From the NCBI GenBank assembly GCA_951406725.2, contig OX597824.1, forward strand, positions 3,844,001-3,908,000: 64,000 nucleotides of DNA. Reading direction: 5' to 3'. Numbering within the stretch: the stretch's first letter is position 1; every line of letters begins with the position of its first letter. Both the position numbers and the translations under genes were made by a program. Source of the stretch: Octopus vulgaris. Lineage: Eukaryota. The notes below the pieces were generated by a model. The model was not told the origin of the DNA. It saw nothing but the letters and a program-made list of their open reading frames with translations, and did no database searches. This document shows positions 26,281-42,014 of the stretch, in pieces.

Positions 26281-27514
26281 ATACATACATACATACATGC
26301 TTTATTTAACATTGACCTTGATATTCTAATGGCTCCTTGTTTTCTATGTAGACCTTGAAAGTGATGTGGTATTTTCTCAGGGATGATGTTGGAGCAAGTT
26401 GCTGAGTTGGTGAAGGAGACTATTGAAGACTCCTTATGTAGCTCCTTATGTATTGTTGGTGGAACCATCAACAGAGTATGCAATATTTGTCTATATGAAT
26501 TTGATCTTTTAGGTGTTAAAGGACCTCTATTTTGGTAATTGCATGGCAGCTCACTTTGTCTGCTGCTTGTTTGCAATATTCTATGTTGGAACTTTTAATG
26601 AAATTAGACATTTTTTTTTTATGCTGCTGTAGTTTACCTTAATGATGTTTCTGTTGAACAATGCAATCAAAGACAATTACTTAATGACCATCACGACATT
26701 TTGTCTATCTAAGTCCAAATAATCCCATAACAAGGAGCAATAAGCGATGTTAGAAGAGAAGGTGGATGCTGGGTATCCATAGTTGGGGAAGATCCTGCAA
26801 GGCAGGGGTTTGCCAATATTCTGTAATGAGAATATCAGAAGTGTGAGGTCGGTCCAGATTGCAAACCGAAATTTCAGTTCAATGGAAACAAAAAAATGTG
26901 CTTGGAAAGGCTGTGAAATAACTGACCTTCACCAACACAGGAAGAAATCCATTTGGAAATGTTATGAAGGAATATTGAATATAGAGAATGTGTAGGGGTG
27001 AGTGTGGTACAGAGAGAGAGAGAGAAAGAGAGAGAGAGAGGAGCTACAGCAGGTAGACCCAAAAGAGAAAACTAGGAGTCAATGACGATAGATGTGTGGT
27101 CAAAGTCCAAAGTCCCAATCAAAAAAAAGGAAGCAAGAAAAGTAGCCAAACTGTCAAGGATAGTCAAAGAGATGCTAAAAATATTCCATGAAGTAGAGGT
27201 AGCGATAGTCATTCAGGTAATACAGGGAAGTGTCATAAGCGCGCGCGTGTGTGTGTGTGTGTGTTTGTGCATGTATGTGTGTTTGTGCGTGTGTGTGTGT
27301 GTGTGTGTGTTGTGTTTGTCAGTTTTCCTGACTCTGTAATTCTCTCTCTGTCTCTCTTAATCTTGCTTTATGTTTTTTTTTATCTAAACCCCTATCATGT
27401 ATTTATTCATCTAACAATCACCTACACATCTCTCTATGTGTCTAACAGTCGGCCTACAAACTTATCTACCTATCTGTCCATCTATTTGTCCATCTATCCA
27501 TCTATCTATCTATC

Positions 27515-27588
<74 letters not shown>

Positions 27589-27621
27589 CTCTCTCGCTAT
27601 CTCTCTAACTATCTATCTATA

Positions 27622-27666
<45 letters not shown>

Positions 27667-27683
27667 ATCTGTCCATCTATCTT

Positions 27684-27721
<38 letters not shown>

Positions 27722-28319
27722 TTTACATCGCCATGCATTTGTCTACCTTTCCTCCCCATCCACTTATCTCTCTGTCTATATCTACCTATCTATCTATTGA
27801 CCTATTTAGCTATTTCTCTCCCTCTCTCTCTCTCTCTCTCTACCCCATCTATCTACCTGTCTATCTTCACTGTCTGCCTGTGCCTGCCTGTCCGTCTGTC
27901 CGTCTGCCTGTTTGTTTGTTTGTCTGTCTGTCTGTCTCTCCCTCCCTCCCCCCTCTGTCTCTATGTCTCTCTCCCTCCTTCTCTCTCTCTCCCATTCTCC
28001 ATGCATCCATCTAACAATTTGTTTAGTTATCTGCCATTTGCCCATCAATATTTCTATATGTCTGTCAGTCTGTCAGTCTTCCTGTCTGTCTGTCTTCTTA
28101 GCCGTCAGTCTGCCTGCCTGTCTGTATGCCTGTCTACCTGTAAATTTGCCTGTATGTCAGTTTGTCTGCCTGTCTGCCTTTCTGCCTGCCAGCCTGTCCG
28201 TCAGTCTGTCTGTTGAGGCAACAACAAGAATGGAGTTTAGTCTGCTGGTATTTTTGTAGGTCACAGTGTAGCATACTAGCATCTGGTGCTGCTACTAACT
28301 GCTGCAAATGGTGCAACTA

Positions 28320-28457
28320 GTAGTGGGGTGGGGGAGGTGTGGTGGTGGTGGCGGTTGCAGTGGTGGTGGTGGTGGGGAGGGTGTTAGTGCAGTAGCAATG
28401 GTGGTGGTAATAGTAGAGGTGATTGGGGTAGCAGTACTGGTAGTAGTAGTAGTGATG

Positions 28458-28493
<36 letters not shown>

Positions 28494-28860
28494 GCAGCAA
28501 TAGTGGTGGTTGTAGTAATGGCATTAGTAGTAGTGGTGGTAGTTATACTGGTGGTGGCGGTGGTGGTGGTAGTGGTAGTGGTGGTGGTGGTGGTGGTGGT
28601 GGTGGTAGTTGCATGGTGGTTGTGGTGCTGGTAATGCAGAAACAGTGGTGGCGGTAATAGTGGTTGTGGTGGTAGTTATAGTAATAGTAGTAGTGGTGGT
28701 GATGATGGTTATGGTGATGGCATTAGTGGTAGTACCTGTTATAGTGGTGGTTGTAGTAGTGGTGGTAATTGTGGTAATGGTACCAATCACAATAGTGGTG
28801 GCAGTTGTTTTACTAGTAATGGTGGTAGTATTAGTAGTCGAAGTGATGCCAGTGGTGACC
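28320..28860. repeat. Degenerate (GTG/GTA)n array
   Basis: Seen directly. Confidence 0.9.
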
Positions 28861-31660
28861 ATCCCATCTGCTGTCTACTGGCAAGGAGCCAAGAACTACA
28901 TCATCCAAGATGTCCTTCTGTCTTTCTCAAGGATGCGGGTTTTGAGGGAGACTCAGTTGCTATTTCTAGCAAGTCAAAGGACTTGCTAGAAATAGAAGCT
29001 CCCAGGATTGATATTTTGCCATTTGTGGTATTGAGTGATTGTCACAAAGGGGCTGGTGGTGGTGGTGGTGGTGGCGGTGGTGGAGGTGGCTTTTAATAAC
29101 GATGATGGCGATGGTGATGATGGTGGTTGCAGTGGTGATGTTGATGATGGCGATGATGGTTGTGGTGGTGTTGATAATAATAATGATGATCATAATAAAC
29201 AATAATGAAAGAAGTATTGTTGGTTCTACTAGTATATGTATATATACATATATACACAACAGTAGTTGTGGTGAATGGTAAACTTCTTATATACTAGAGG
29301 TGGTACTATGGATGGTGGCAGTGGGTTGTAACTGCAGCGATGTGTAAATGTCAGACTGCGGTGCAGAATTACTACACATCCAAACCTCCGCCGCCTTCAT
29401 GCCGCTCCTACAGAACTCACTAATCGTTACCATTGAATCAATAAATTGGAAAAAAAAAAAAAGAAAAGAAAAGAAAAGGTTTTTGTGCTTTTTTTTATAT
29501 TTTCACTAATGGAATTATTATTATTGTTGTTTTCAAAATTTTTTTTTACAGTTTATGAGTGAGTTTTTCATCGACACACTGGTTATTAGTTATTGTTTGT
29601 TGTTGTTGTTGTTTAACCCCAGTGGGGGGTGGTTCTAAATGAGCTGATTCTGTGATCAAATGGATGTCAGCTCTTACCACACTGACTTTATTGTATGGTA
29701 GTATACCGTGTCGTACAGATTCTTCCCTTGGGCCCTCAATTCCTAATAGAGTTATAGCAGGAGGGCTTTTGTGACAGGCAGTGTTTCTTGGGCATCCTAA
29801 AACCTGGCAGGGCCCACCAGCCTCTCTTTTAGGTTTAACGGCAGTAGTTTCAATAAAAGAGAAAGCAAGAATGAAAGAAAGGCAGAAAATGAAGAATCCA
29901 ACACAATATCGGTACTTTATTTATTGGTCCCATAAAGATGAAACTTAAGGAACAGCGGAGTATTATATCTGATGTTTTAAGGGGTTTGCAGGGTCATCAA
30001 ATGCTATGTTGTCTGGCGAGCTTTTTCTTCCTTTCCCTTGTTCTTTCTCTCTTTCTTTCTTTCGTTTTTCATTCTTCCATTCTCCCGTTCATTCTTTCTT
30101 TATTTATTCAGTTTTTCCGTTCTTTCTTTTTTCCTCCGTTCCTTCGTTTCTTCATTTCTTCATTCCTTAAGGTATCAGTTGAAGGTGATTGAGCTGCTAT
30201 TTCAAGCAGACTGAACTACCATGAACCGATTTTGTTGTTGGTTTGCATTAGTAGTTGCTAGTACACCCACACCAAGAACGTACGTCAGTCATTAAGTGTC
30301 CCGTTATTGCAGAATTAGCCTCCTCATCAATAGTTTCTATGACTTACTCTAAAGCCATCCTCCTCCTTCTCCCCTCGCCCCTCCTCCCCTTCATCATTGT
30401 CATTATGGTGGAAGCATTGTTGCTGTTGTTCTAAGGGAAAATGGTTGGCGGAATTGTCAAAGCATCGGAGAAAATTACTGACAGTTTTTCTTCTGGCTCT
30501 TTCCATACTGAGTTCAAATCATTCTGAGATCAACTTTGCATTTCATCTCTCAGGGGGCCAATAAAATAAGGACCAGTTAAATGCAGCAATTAATATAACT
30601 GACCAACCCCCACCCCGCTCCCCCAATTCCAGGCTTTGTGTCTCTTTTAGAAACATTTGTTGCAAAAGAGTTGAATCTTACTAGAATGTCAGATTCAATG
30701 TCTGGCAGTGTTTGTTCCAGTTCTGTAAGCTCTGAGTTCAAATCATGGTGTAGGCTGTGTTGTGTTAACCTGGTGAGATATTGATTTCAGATCTTGGCAC
30801 CGATCCAGTGATTTCAAGGGAAGGGGTTTGTCCCGTAAGTTACTTGGTGACCCCATTGGTGCTGGTGGCACATACAAAGCACCCAGTACACTCTGTGAAG
30901 TGATTGGTGTTAGGAAGGGTATCCGGTTGTAGAAACCATTCCAAAACAGAGCAGCAGAGTTTGGTGCAGTCCTCTGACTTGCCAGTTCCTGTAGAACTGC
31001 TCAACCCATGCCAGCATGGAAAATGGACATTAAATGATGACGACGACGATGATGATGATGATGATCTTCATCATCATATTTTTTGCAACAACTTCACTTT
31101 ATGAAACAATGCATTTCACATAAAATATTTTCCCTCTTTGTCTGTCAAGCATTGATAATTTATTCAGTATCCAGTTGAAAATAATATAAATCATTATTAT
31201 AATCTCTCGATCTGTGCTTCTCAAAATCTTTTAATCATTGGCCCTTTTCTTTGACCAACACTTTTTCAATGTTCACTTGTTATGATGCTATGCATCCAGC
31301 TCCATCGTTTTTAATATACACATCTCACCACCACCACCACCAATGCCAATGCCAACCACTCTGAGAGTGTAATGGGTACTTTTATGTGCCACCGACATGG
31401 GTGCCATTTGCATGCCACCAGTATCTGCCATGGACTTCTTTCAGTTTCTCTCTATGAAATCCACTCTGAAGGCTATGATTGGTCAGAGGTTATAGTAGAA
31501 AATATTTGCCTAAGTGGTAAGCAGTGGGACTGAACCCCAAACCATGCATTTGGGAATCAAACTTCAAACTCCTTAACCAACATCCATGCATGGCCTCCCA
31601 ACTCAGAGTAATTCAATTCCAGATACTTGTTTGACGTAGCTGACTTCTTACCACAACACC

Positions 31661-32226
31661 ACCATACTATGCACTGTACTATGCACCATACTATGCACCA
31701 TACTATGCACCATACTATGCACTGTACAATGCACTGTACTGTGCACCATACTATGCACTGTACTATGCACCATACTATGCACTGTACAATGCACTGTACA
31801 ATGCACTGTACTGTGCACCATACTATGCACTGTACTATGCACCATACTATGCACTGTACAATGCACTGTACAATGCACCATACTATACACCATACTATGC
31901 ACTGTACTATGCACTGTACTGTGCACCATACGATGCTTCGTATTATGCACCGTACTATGCACTCACTATGCACTGTAATATGCACCATATTATGCTGTAC
32001 TATGCACTGTACTATGCACTGTACTATGCACTGTACTATGCACTGTACTATGCACTGTACTGTGCACTGTACTATGCATCATACATTGCACCATACTATG
32101 CACTGTACTATGCACCATACTATGCAGTGTACTATGCACCGTACTATGCACTGTACTGTGCACTGTACTATGCACTGTACTATGCACCGTACTATGCACT
32201 GTACTGTGCACTGTACTATGTACCAT
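31661..32226. repeat. 12-bp minisatellite with two unit variants (tactatgcactg / tactatgcacca)
   Basis: Roughly 45 tandem units seen directly. Confidence 0.9.
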
Positions 32227-33861
32227 ACAAATACTACAAGCATAGATGGTGTATATTCAGTTTTGTTTGTTTATTCCCTTTTCCAAAGTCTGTTAATCTA
32301 TCATCATTGATGTTGTTGTTGTTATTGTCCTATTTGTTGTGATTGTGTCCATGGCACAATAAGCAGTCCATCAAAATACTGCTTCTGAAGTTATGTTTAA
32401 AAGTACAGTTCCTTTCAAGCATTGGGCCTCACGAAGGCAATGACCGAGACCTGACCCATCAAACCGAGAAACATCGCAGTCGTGGCAGATACCGGTGTCA
32501 CGCAAATGGCACCCATGCCAGTGGCACGTAAAAGCACCAATTACACTCTCTGAGTGGATGGTGTTAGGAAGGACATCCAGCCATAGAAAAGCATGCCAAA
32601 TCAGATTGGAGTCTAGAGCAGCCTTCCAGCTTGTCAGCCCTGGTGAAATCGTCCAACCCATGCCAGCATGGACAATGGATGCTAAATGATGATGATGATG
32701 CTGATGATGATTCCAAATGCAATAAAATAATCACACCAAACATCCTTTCCTCTCCTCTGTCCCTACTCTCTTATATTGATCTTGTGCTCTGAGAGTACAC
32801 CCTAGCATCTCATCACCATCTTGTTTTCCACTTTACTGCTGGAGTGGACAAGTCCCTCTGCTACTGTAAGACATTTGTTCTTCTGTCACTCTTCAGCCTC
32901 TCAATTCCTGGCTTAAAGCCATCTCCCTCATTGCTTCACTCCCACTGTCTTGGTGACCACACTGGTGCTGGTGCCATGGAAACAAAGCACCTGGTACACT
33001 CTGTAAGAACAGTTGGCATTCGGAAGGGTATTTGGCCATAGGTATTTTGCCTTTGGCCAAGGCAGACACTGAAGCTCAATGCAGTCCTATGCCCAGTCAG
33101 ACCCTGTTGAACTCTCCAACCCAAGCTTGCATAGAAACAGCAATTATACAATGACAATGATGACCAAGGAAATTTAAATGGGAGACAAAACCAGAAAAGA
33201 CTCCGCAGAAGCATCTCTCACCCCCCACTGACCCCTTTGAGTATCCAGATAGAGTTTTCTCCTGCTCCCTTGCCCCACTCCTAGAGGTAGTTTCACTCCC
33301 TTTCAGAACATTGCATTCGAGTGTTGATACACCTCACCTCATGTCTGGCATTTAGGCCTCCTCTTGTACGGATTAATTTCATGCGTCTGTAATATATAAT
33401 CTTTTTCCTGGTCCAATCGCTTCCTTTCATTTGGTGTTGTACTCTGTACTCTGACTGGTTCATTCATTGATTCTTAATTATTTGTTCTCCATCTCTTACA
33501 GCTCTGTCTCCATTAAACACGACATTAGTGTTCTTAATTAATTTTCCTCCCTTCCAGGTTGCCTTTGGCCCGTTTTTTCAAGCTGTTAGCATCTTCGGCA
33601 TCGTTGTCATCATTGGTTATTGTCCTCCTCCTCCACTTCCTATCACATTCACATCCACTCTCCCTCCCCTCCCCCTCCTCTCCTCAGAATCATGATGATG
33701 TTGATGATAACAATGACCGCAATGACAACCGCAAAAAAGAACCTGAATTGGAAATGAATGGCAAACCGGAGTGAAAAACCTGACCAGTATGGAGAAAGCT
33801 TATCAAATGCAAAAGGCACGAACAGTCATAATCGAAGCGACTGACTGCAGATAATATATAT

Positions 33862-34505
33862 AAAGCCTTGTGAGTGGATTTGGTAGACGGAAACTGAAAG
33901 AAGCCCGTCGTATATATGTATATATATGTATGTGTGTGTTTGTGTGTCTGTGTTTGTCCCCCTAGCATTGCTTGACAACCGATGCTGGTGTGTTTATGTC
34001 CCCGTAACTTAGCGGTTCGGCAAAAGAGACCGATAGAATAAGTACTGGGCTTACAAAGAATAAGTCCCGGGGTTGAGTTGCTCGACTAAAGGCGGTGCTC
34101 CAGCATGGCCGCAGTCAAATGACTGAAACAAGTATAGAGTAAAGAGAGTATATATCTATCTATATATATACATATGTAGAATATATACACATACATATAT
34201 CAGTACAGATTAATATACATATGTTTGTACTTAGGCATATATAAATATATGTATATATATTCTTCTAATATATAATACCTGTACATCATCTCCAAACCTT
34301 CTAATGTATATATATATATACATATATATATATATAGGTGCAGGAGCAGGAGTGGCTGTGTGGTAAGTAGCTTGCTTACCAACCACATGGTTCCAGGTTC
34401 AGTCTGACTGCGTGGCACCTTGAGCAAGTGTCTTCTACTATAGCCTTGGGCCAACCAAAGCCTTGTGAGTAGATTTGGTAGACAGAAACTGAAAGAAGCC
34501 CATCA
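33862..34505 (+). mobile_element. Two SINE family B pieces (3' part 33862-34150; 5' head 34338-34505)
   Basis: Similarity to the reverse complements of 318-765 and 46982-47385. Confidence 0.75.
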
Positions 34506-34539
34506 TATATATATATACATACATATGTATACGGAAGCC

Positions 34540-34584
<45 letters not shown>

Positions 34585-34629
34585 TATATATAAATATATA
34601 TATATGCATATATATATATATACACACAC

Positions 34630-34663
<34 letters not shown>

Positions 34664-34666
34664 TAA

Positions 34667-34711
<45 letters not shown>

Positions 34712-35069
34712 CATGCATACATATGTATGTGTGTATGGGTGATGTGTATGACTGTGTGTGCAGCTGTGTACATTTTATATATATATGTATATATATATAT
34801 ACACACATATGTCCTCTCATGCACGTACATGTTTGTCTGAATGTGTGTGTGCCTACATGGTGGTCGCTGATAAGTACATGAAGCCATTTTATGGTTTTCT
34901 CTCTACGCAGGGCAACAATTTGCAAGTTTCCTTGTAGCAAAAGGAACTGCTGCCATTTTGAAGTCATGTCTCAAGCTTCGCCACCACCACCACCACCACC
35001 ACCACCACCACCGCTTTTACTTTTCTCCTTGTCTGTGTTGGTCTTTCTCTTTATTTCTCTCTCTCTCTT

Positions 35070-35100
<31 letters not shown>

Positions 35101-35139
35101 GTCTCTCATTTGTGACACACCTCATCAAGATCAACTTTC

Positions 35140-35720
35140 TGTACATCTTCATCATCTTCATGCTTGCTGTCATCAATTTCAGTGTCATTGTCATTGTTGT
35201 CATCACTACCCCCCACCTCCCTCTGCCACCACCAACACCAGCACCACCACGACGACCACCACCACCACCACCATTATCACTCTCATCACTATCATTGCCA
35301 CCACCACCACCACCATCATGGTCTTCACCAACGTTATCATCATCATCATCATCAGCAACAACACCACCACCATCAAGGTCATCACCAACACCATCATCAT
35401 CGTCAGCAGCACATCACCAATCCCACCACCATGATGACAATGACAATGATGACAAAGATGATGATCCTGATGGTGACCATCACTGCCACCCCCACCACCA
35501 TCACCATTATAATTCTCATCATTAGCAGCTGGAGTAGCAGCCATATTGTTATCCTGAAGAATATCATCATCATCATCATCATTGTCATCATAATCATAAT
35601 AATGCCCACCAACATTATCACCCTCAATAATGTTGATAATGATGATAATAAGCATTATTGTGGCCATCACCTCCCCCTCCTGAGTTCTCATCACATCCAT
35701 TACCATTGCTGACAGCATCC
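35140..35720. repeat. Degenerate (CAT/CAC)n array
   Basis: Seen directly. Confidence 0.9.
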
Positions 35721-35763
35721 TAACAGCTTTTTCCCTCGACTCACCCCCTTCTTCACTTAGGTA

Positions 35764-35811
<48 letters not shown>

Positions 35812-36078
35812 ACTTTCTCTCTCTCCCTCTCTTACTCCCTTTCTCCTCAGTCACTTCCTTTTTTCACACTCACTATCACTCTATGTCTGTCTGTCTCTCT
35901 ATCCATCTATCTATCCATCTATCTATCCATCTATCTATCCATCTATTTCTCTATCTCTCTATCTACCTCCCTACCTACATACCTGTCTGTCTGTCTACCC
36001 ACCTACCTATGTACCCACCTACCAACTGACCAACCTACATACCTACCAACCTACCTACCTACCTTCCTACATACCTAC

Positions 36079-36160
<82 letters not shown>

Positions 36161-36894
36161 CTCTCTCTCTCTCTCTCTTTCTATCTATCTATCTATCTCT
36201 CTCTCTATCTATCTATCTATCTATCCATTTATCTATCCATCTATCTACCTACCTACCTATCTGCCTACCTGTCTGTCTGTCTGCCTACCTACCTACCTAC
36301 CTACCTACCTCTCTGTCTATCTATCCCTATCTCCCTCTCCTCCCACTCTCTCCCTCTCTCTCTCTCTCCCTTCTCTTTCTCCTTTACCTCTCCCTCTCCC
36401 ACCACTCTTTGCACCTTATCCTTCTCTCAAATCACATCATGTAATTGATCTGCGTGTGCACCATTTATGCAGAGTGATGAATGCAAAATGACAAACGGGG
36501 TGCGTTAAAAGCTTTAAGGTCACAGCATTGGTGCAGCATCAGTAGACACGTGTGTGTCTCGCGTGAAACTGTCAGGTTGACAAGTCACAATGGATTATGG
36601 CAACGAATCTCCATCTCTCGCCAGTTCTGTTGTTGCCTTTTGCTTTTGCGTTTGTTGTTTTTGCATAAAAGCTGGGACACTGATGCACAAACATAGATAC
36701 TGCTCTATATAAATATAGATAAGCACACACACATAAATTTATGTGTGTCTGTATATATATATATATATATATATTTATTCATATATATATATATATATAT
36801 ATTTATTTATTCATATATATGCTTATGTGTGTACATATGTATATATATATGTGTGTGTGGATATATTTATATATATATATATATAAATACACAC

Positions 36895-36930
<36 letters not shown>

Positions 36931-37255
36931 GTTTAAACATATACATACATATCAATGTACACACAAATACATGCATACATACATATACATTTACAATATG
37001 TGTATATATATGTGTGTGCGTGTGTGTGTATGTGTGTGGGTGTAGTGTGTATATATCTATACACACATATATACATACATATATGTATGTATATATATAT
37101 ATATATATATGCATATACACACACATGCATACATACAGAGATTGCATTTCAAACACTTTTCAAAATGTATTTTCATATATTTATTTACACATATACACAC
37201 ACATACACACACAAGTATAGGTATATATATATACCAATGCATATTTGTATGTAGA

Positions 37256-37300
<45 letters not shown>

Positions 37301-37617
37301 GTATATGTGTATATATGTATATTTATATGTTTATATGTATGTATGTATGAGTGTATGTATGTACATCTACTTAGTAACTCTTTTCTCTCTCATTCTCCCC
37401 TTTGGTAGGTCTGTGAGTTCATTTACACCAGTTCACAAGTCCATAGGTACCTTAAGCAATTAATGTAAGCATGGGATAATCACTTGGAAGTGAAGGCTAG
37501 GCTTTATCACGTATACTATCCATCCATCCATCCATCTATTTATCTACCTCCCTACCTACCTGTCTGTCTGCCTACCTACCTACCGACCAACTGACCAACC
37601 GACATATATGTATGTGC

Positions 37618-37675
<58 letters not shown>

Positions 37676-37810
37676 ATACACACACATATATATTGTTGAT
37701 GTCATAAGAATTTGTAAGCATTAAGAGAATATGACATGTTTTACTTTTTTTGAATGATGGATCCAGAAGCAGAAAAGCTATAAGTGTGTAAATTCTCACT
37801 ATGTATTTAT

Positions 37811-37841
<31 letters not shown>

Positions 37842-37907
37842 TTATCATTATCATCATCATCATCTATTGTATGCTTTCCATGCTGGTGTTAAATGATGAT
37901 GATGATA

Positions 37908-37973
<66 letters not shown>

Positions 37974-38743
37974 GATCAACCTTTTCCTGTGTGTTTTTTT
38001 CTCTGATGGCCTGCGTAGGGTAACACTTGTTGAGGCAGTTTCACTCTGGCTGGATGCTCCCCTTAGTTCTAATCCTCTCTCAGCATCCTGTAAAACAGTC
38101 ACTTCATCTGATGACCCTGCATGGGTTCAGGGGCACTTTTCGCCTGTGTGCAACACGAACAATGTTACTGCGAAACAAACAGTCTCATTGCAAAGGCATG
38201 CACAGACAAATGCACATGCACACACACACACACACACACATGCATGCTTGCATATTAACACATAATACATACATGCATACATGCATACATGCTTACATAC
38301 ACACATATGTACATCATACATACATGAATACATATATACACGCACACATACAAATATACATACACACAACCATATGCAAACAAGCATAAACACACCTACA
38401 AATATGCATGAATATATACATGTATATATACATGGGTCCATGCATGCATCCATACGTCAATACGTATTTACATATACAGATATGTAAATACTTACATATG
38501 TTCCAAAGCATGTCTAAATATATGTACATATATTATACATATATATATATGTGTGTATATGTGTATGTGTGGTATGTATATACATGTGTGTGTATGTGTT
38601 ATATTTATGTGTGTGTGTGTATGTGTGGGTATTTATGAAGGTAGATATGCATGTATTGTTTGTACATATATGTATGCATGTGTGCATCGTGTGTATGTGT
38701 GTGTGTGTGTGCATGCACACATGTGTGTATTAATATACACACA

Positions 38744-38850
38744 CAGAGATAGTCCCGAATGTAACACCTAATTTGAAAACAATTTTATTGATGAAATAAA
38801 CAAACCATAATTTTAAAATCAAGCATTACATTTGGGACACCCCTCCTCTG
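38744..38850. mobile_element. Small Tc1/mariner-type MITE remnant
   Basis: Imperfect TIRs cagagatagtcccgaatgtaa and ttacatttgggacacccctcctctg. Confidence 0.4.
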
Positions 38851-38959
38851 TGTATGTACACACACATATCAATATCTTTCAATTTTTATGTGTGTGTATG
38901 TATATATATTTGTGTGTGTGTATATATTCACATATATATATAGATATTGATATACATAC

Positions 38960-39047
<88 letters not shown>

Positions 39048-39098
39048 ATATACATATATCTATATATAAAAAAATATATATATATGTATATATATATG

Positions 39099-39130
<32 letters not shown>

Positions 39131-39758
39131 TACATATATTTATATATATAAACACATACATATGTAAATATACACACACAAACACACGCATATACACATG
39201 CCAATAAGATCATACATTTTATTATATCATGTCAATAAAATAATGTTTCCTGTAGAATACATTTGCATATATAAAACATAAGACGCACATTGACATGCAG
39301 AAAACACAGAAAGAGAATAGCAAAAAGAGAAGCAATCTAGTGCCATAAATTTGAATATCTTTGCTGAAATTAATATCTAATAAATAGAAATTTATTCTTT
39401 GAATAGTCCTGGCTAATTAATAAATTGATTAAATGTTTAATTTATGAGTCATATCATATATAAAATATTTGTTTTTGAAGAATCTCAGAATGGGAATTGG
39501 TCTCCATTCTGAAGTCGGATGTTATAGGAACCAGGAAAACGTTTGCTTTGCAGTCAACTGGGTGGAGTGCACCGATTCCTGTTTTATAAATAATAGTCAC
39601 GGAAATGGCTGCGTGGTTAACAAGATTGCTTTGCAGCTACATGGTTTTCGTCTCTGCTCTGTTGTTTGGCTTTTTGGGGAAGTGTCTTCAGCTAGAGAAT
39701 TGCTGGCCAACCATAGCTTTGTGTGTGGATTTCGTAGATGGAAACTGAAAGAAGCTCA

Positions 39759-39790
<32 letters not shown>

Positions 39791-39934
39791 CTGTAAGTAC
39801 GTGTGTTCGTGTGTAATTGTCACTTTGTTTTGAGATCATGTGGTAGTTGTATATGTGTGTTACTGTTACATGAAATGTAACATTCTTTTCCACTCTTCAT
39901 CATCACTATCATCATCATCTCAGCATCATCAACC

Positions 39935-40019
<85 letters not shown>

Positions 40020-40687
40020 TCAATACCTGCCTGCCATGCTGGCAAGGGCTGGATGATTTGACAAGACCACTGGTCAGCCAGACGACTGCAACAATCTCCA
40101 CTGTCTGCTTCGGCATAGTTTCTTTTTGTTTTTCTTACGGTTGGATACCCTTCCTAATGACAGCCACTTTACAGAGAAAATTTCTCTGGTCACAGGGAAA
40201 TATTACCAGGCTTGAAAACAAGTAAGGTCGTGTGACAGGAAGAGCATCTAGCTGTAGAAAATCTACTTCAATAAATTCTGTCCAAACTATTCAAGCATGG
40301 AAAAATTGATGCAAAAATGATAAGGAAGATGAAAAAGTTGTTGAACGAATCAGTTTGTCGAGATAATGAAGGTTTATTTATATACTCAAGATCAATATTA
40401 TTTTTAAGGTTTGATCTGAAAAACAGAAATGTATCTTTGGCTTTTGCAGTGCTGAGGAAGTGGGACACTAACAGTTAAAGTCAGGTGATGAAGTCTGCAT
40501 AACTAAAAACCATCTACCTTAAAAGAGGTATAAGAGGCACTAACATCACTTTAGTATCCTGATGATGAGGCTGAGGTGGTGTAGAAACAGAGTTAAAAAT
40601 GAATTTAGAAACTTTATTGTCAAAAACTGAAAATACAGGAATCTGATGTAGAAATGCAGGAAATCCTTAATAAAAAAGAATAAACTG

Positions 40688-40884
40688 TGCTGGTGGCATG
40701 TAAAAAGCACCCACTACACTCACGGGGTGGTTGGTGTTAGGAAGGGCATCCTGCTGTCGAAACACTGCCAGATAAGACTGGAGCCTGGTGCAGCCTTCTG
40801 GCTTCCCAGATCCCCGGTCGAACCGTCCAACCCATGCTAGCATGGAGAACGGACGTTAAACGATGATGATGATGATGATGATGA
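40688..40884 (+). mobile_element. SINE family A tail
   Basis: Near-identical to 787-976. Confidence 0.8.
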
Positions 40885-41508
40885 TATATATATATATACA
40901 CCTGGTGTCAGAAAGTCAGGTTTTCTTTATCGTATATATTAAGACACAAGCATGGCTGTTTGGTTTAGGGGTTCATCGTTTTTTTTCTTGTTTTTTCAAA
41001 GATTGGTGACTTTTTTCATTTTCTCAAAATTGACTGGCCATTTTGTATTTTTGAGTCTGAAAAATTGCTTTAAAACACAGGGCATGCTGCATAAGCTTGT
41101 CAGTTTATTGTGCTTTCACAGCGTGAAACTAATAATAGCTTGAATTTAAATGCTGCGTGTGTGTGTGTGTGTTTCAGTGTGTGTGCACATGTGCACACCT
41201 ATGTGTGTGTATATGCACATGTATATAACACACACGCACACACACACACGCATACACACATACACATTTATAAATGTATGTAATTGCGAATATCTGTGAA
41301 GTCTACTTATATGAGAGCTGACAGCCAAAGAAAGAGAATCTAATGTTGTCCTGATAACCAAAGACAAGAACATAAACTTTGACCTTTAACCTTTGAGCTA
41401 ATAATGTGGCTGAACTGTGAGAGATTGAGGAATATCAACCCACGGACTTAGAGCACCAACATCTTCATCACTGACATCTATTTATCTATCTATCTATCTA
41501 TCTATCTC

Positions 41509-41585
<77 letters not shown>

Positions 41586-41633
41586 ATCTATCTATCTATC
41601 TATTTATCTATCCATCTATCTATCTATCTATTA

Positions 41634-41677
<44 letters not shown>

Positions 41678-41688
41678 GTCTATCTATC

Positions 41689-41725
<37 letters not shown>

Positions 41726-41837
41726 TTATACATACCTATATATCCACACACACACACACACACATATATGTACAAAATATGCGCATATTCATAAATGTAT
41801 ATATTATCCAATGTTTCTAATAACTTAGCCAAATTGC

Positions 41838-41876
<39 letters not shown>

Positions 41877-42014
41877 AATGAAAGCTGGGAAAATGTGTAA
41901 AATAACCATAATGACCATAATGAAGATGAAGATGACAACCATGACGATATTTTTCCTTTTTTTCGTCGCTTTAAGACGATGACCTGTTCACTGACAAGGA
42001 TGCATCACGGATTT

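Noticed and set aside
31557-32342. Cys/His-rich repeat ORFs (HCTM)n as a metal-binding protein, or the array as CRISPR-like
   Set aside because: Open frames arise from a 12-bp tandem unit; there are no unique spacers, and the context is eukaryotic.
40540-40600. Hammerhead around ctgatga at 40560 with a 12-bp G.U-rich stem before GAAA
   Set aside because: CUGAUGA falls in the loop of that stem and no stem I could be formed.
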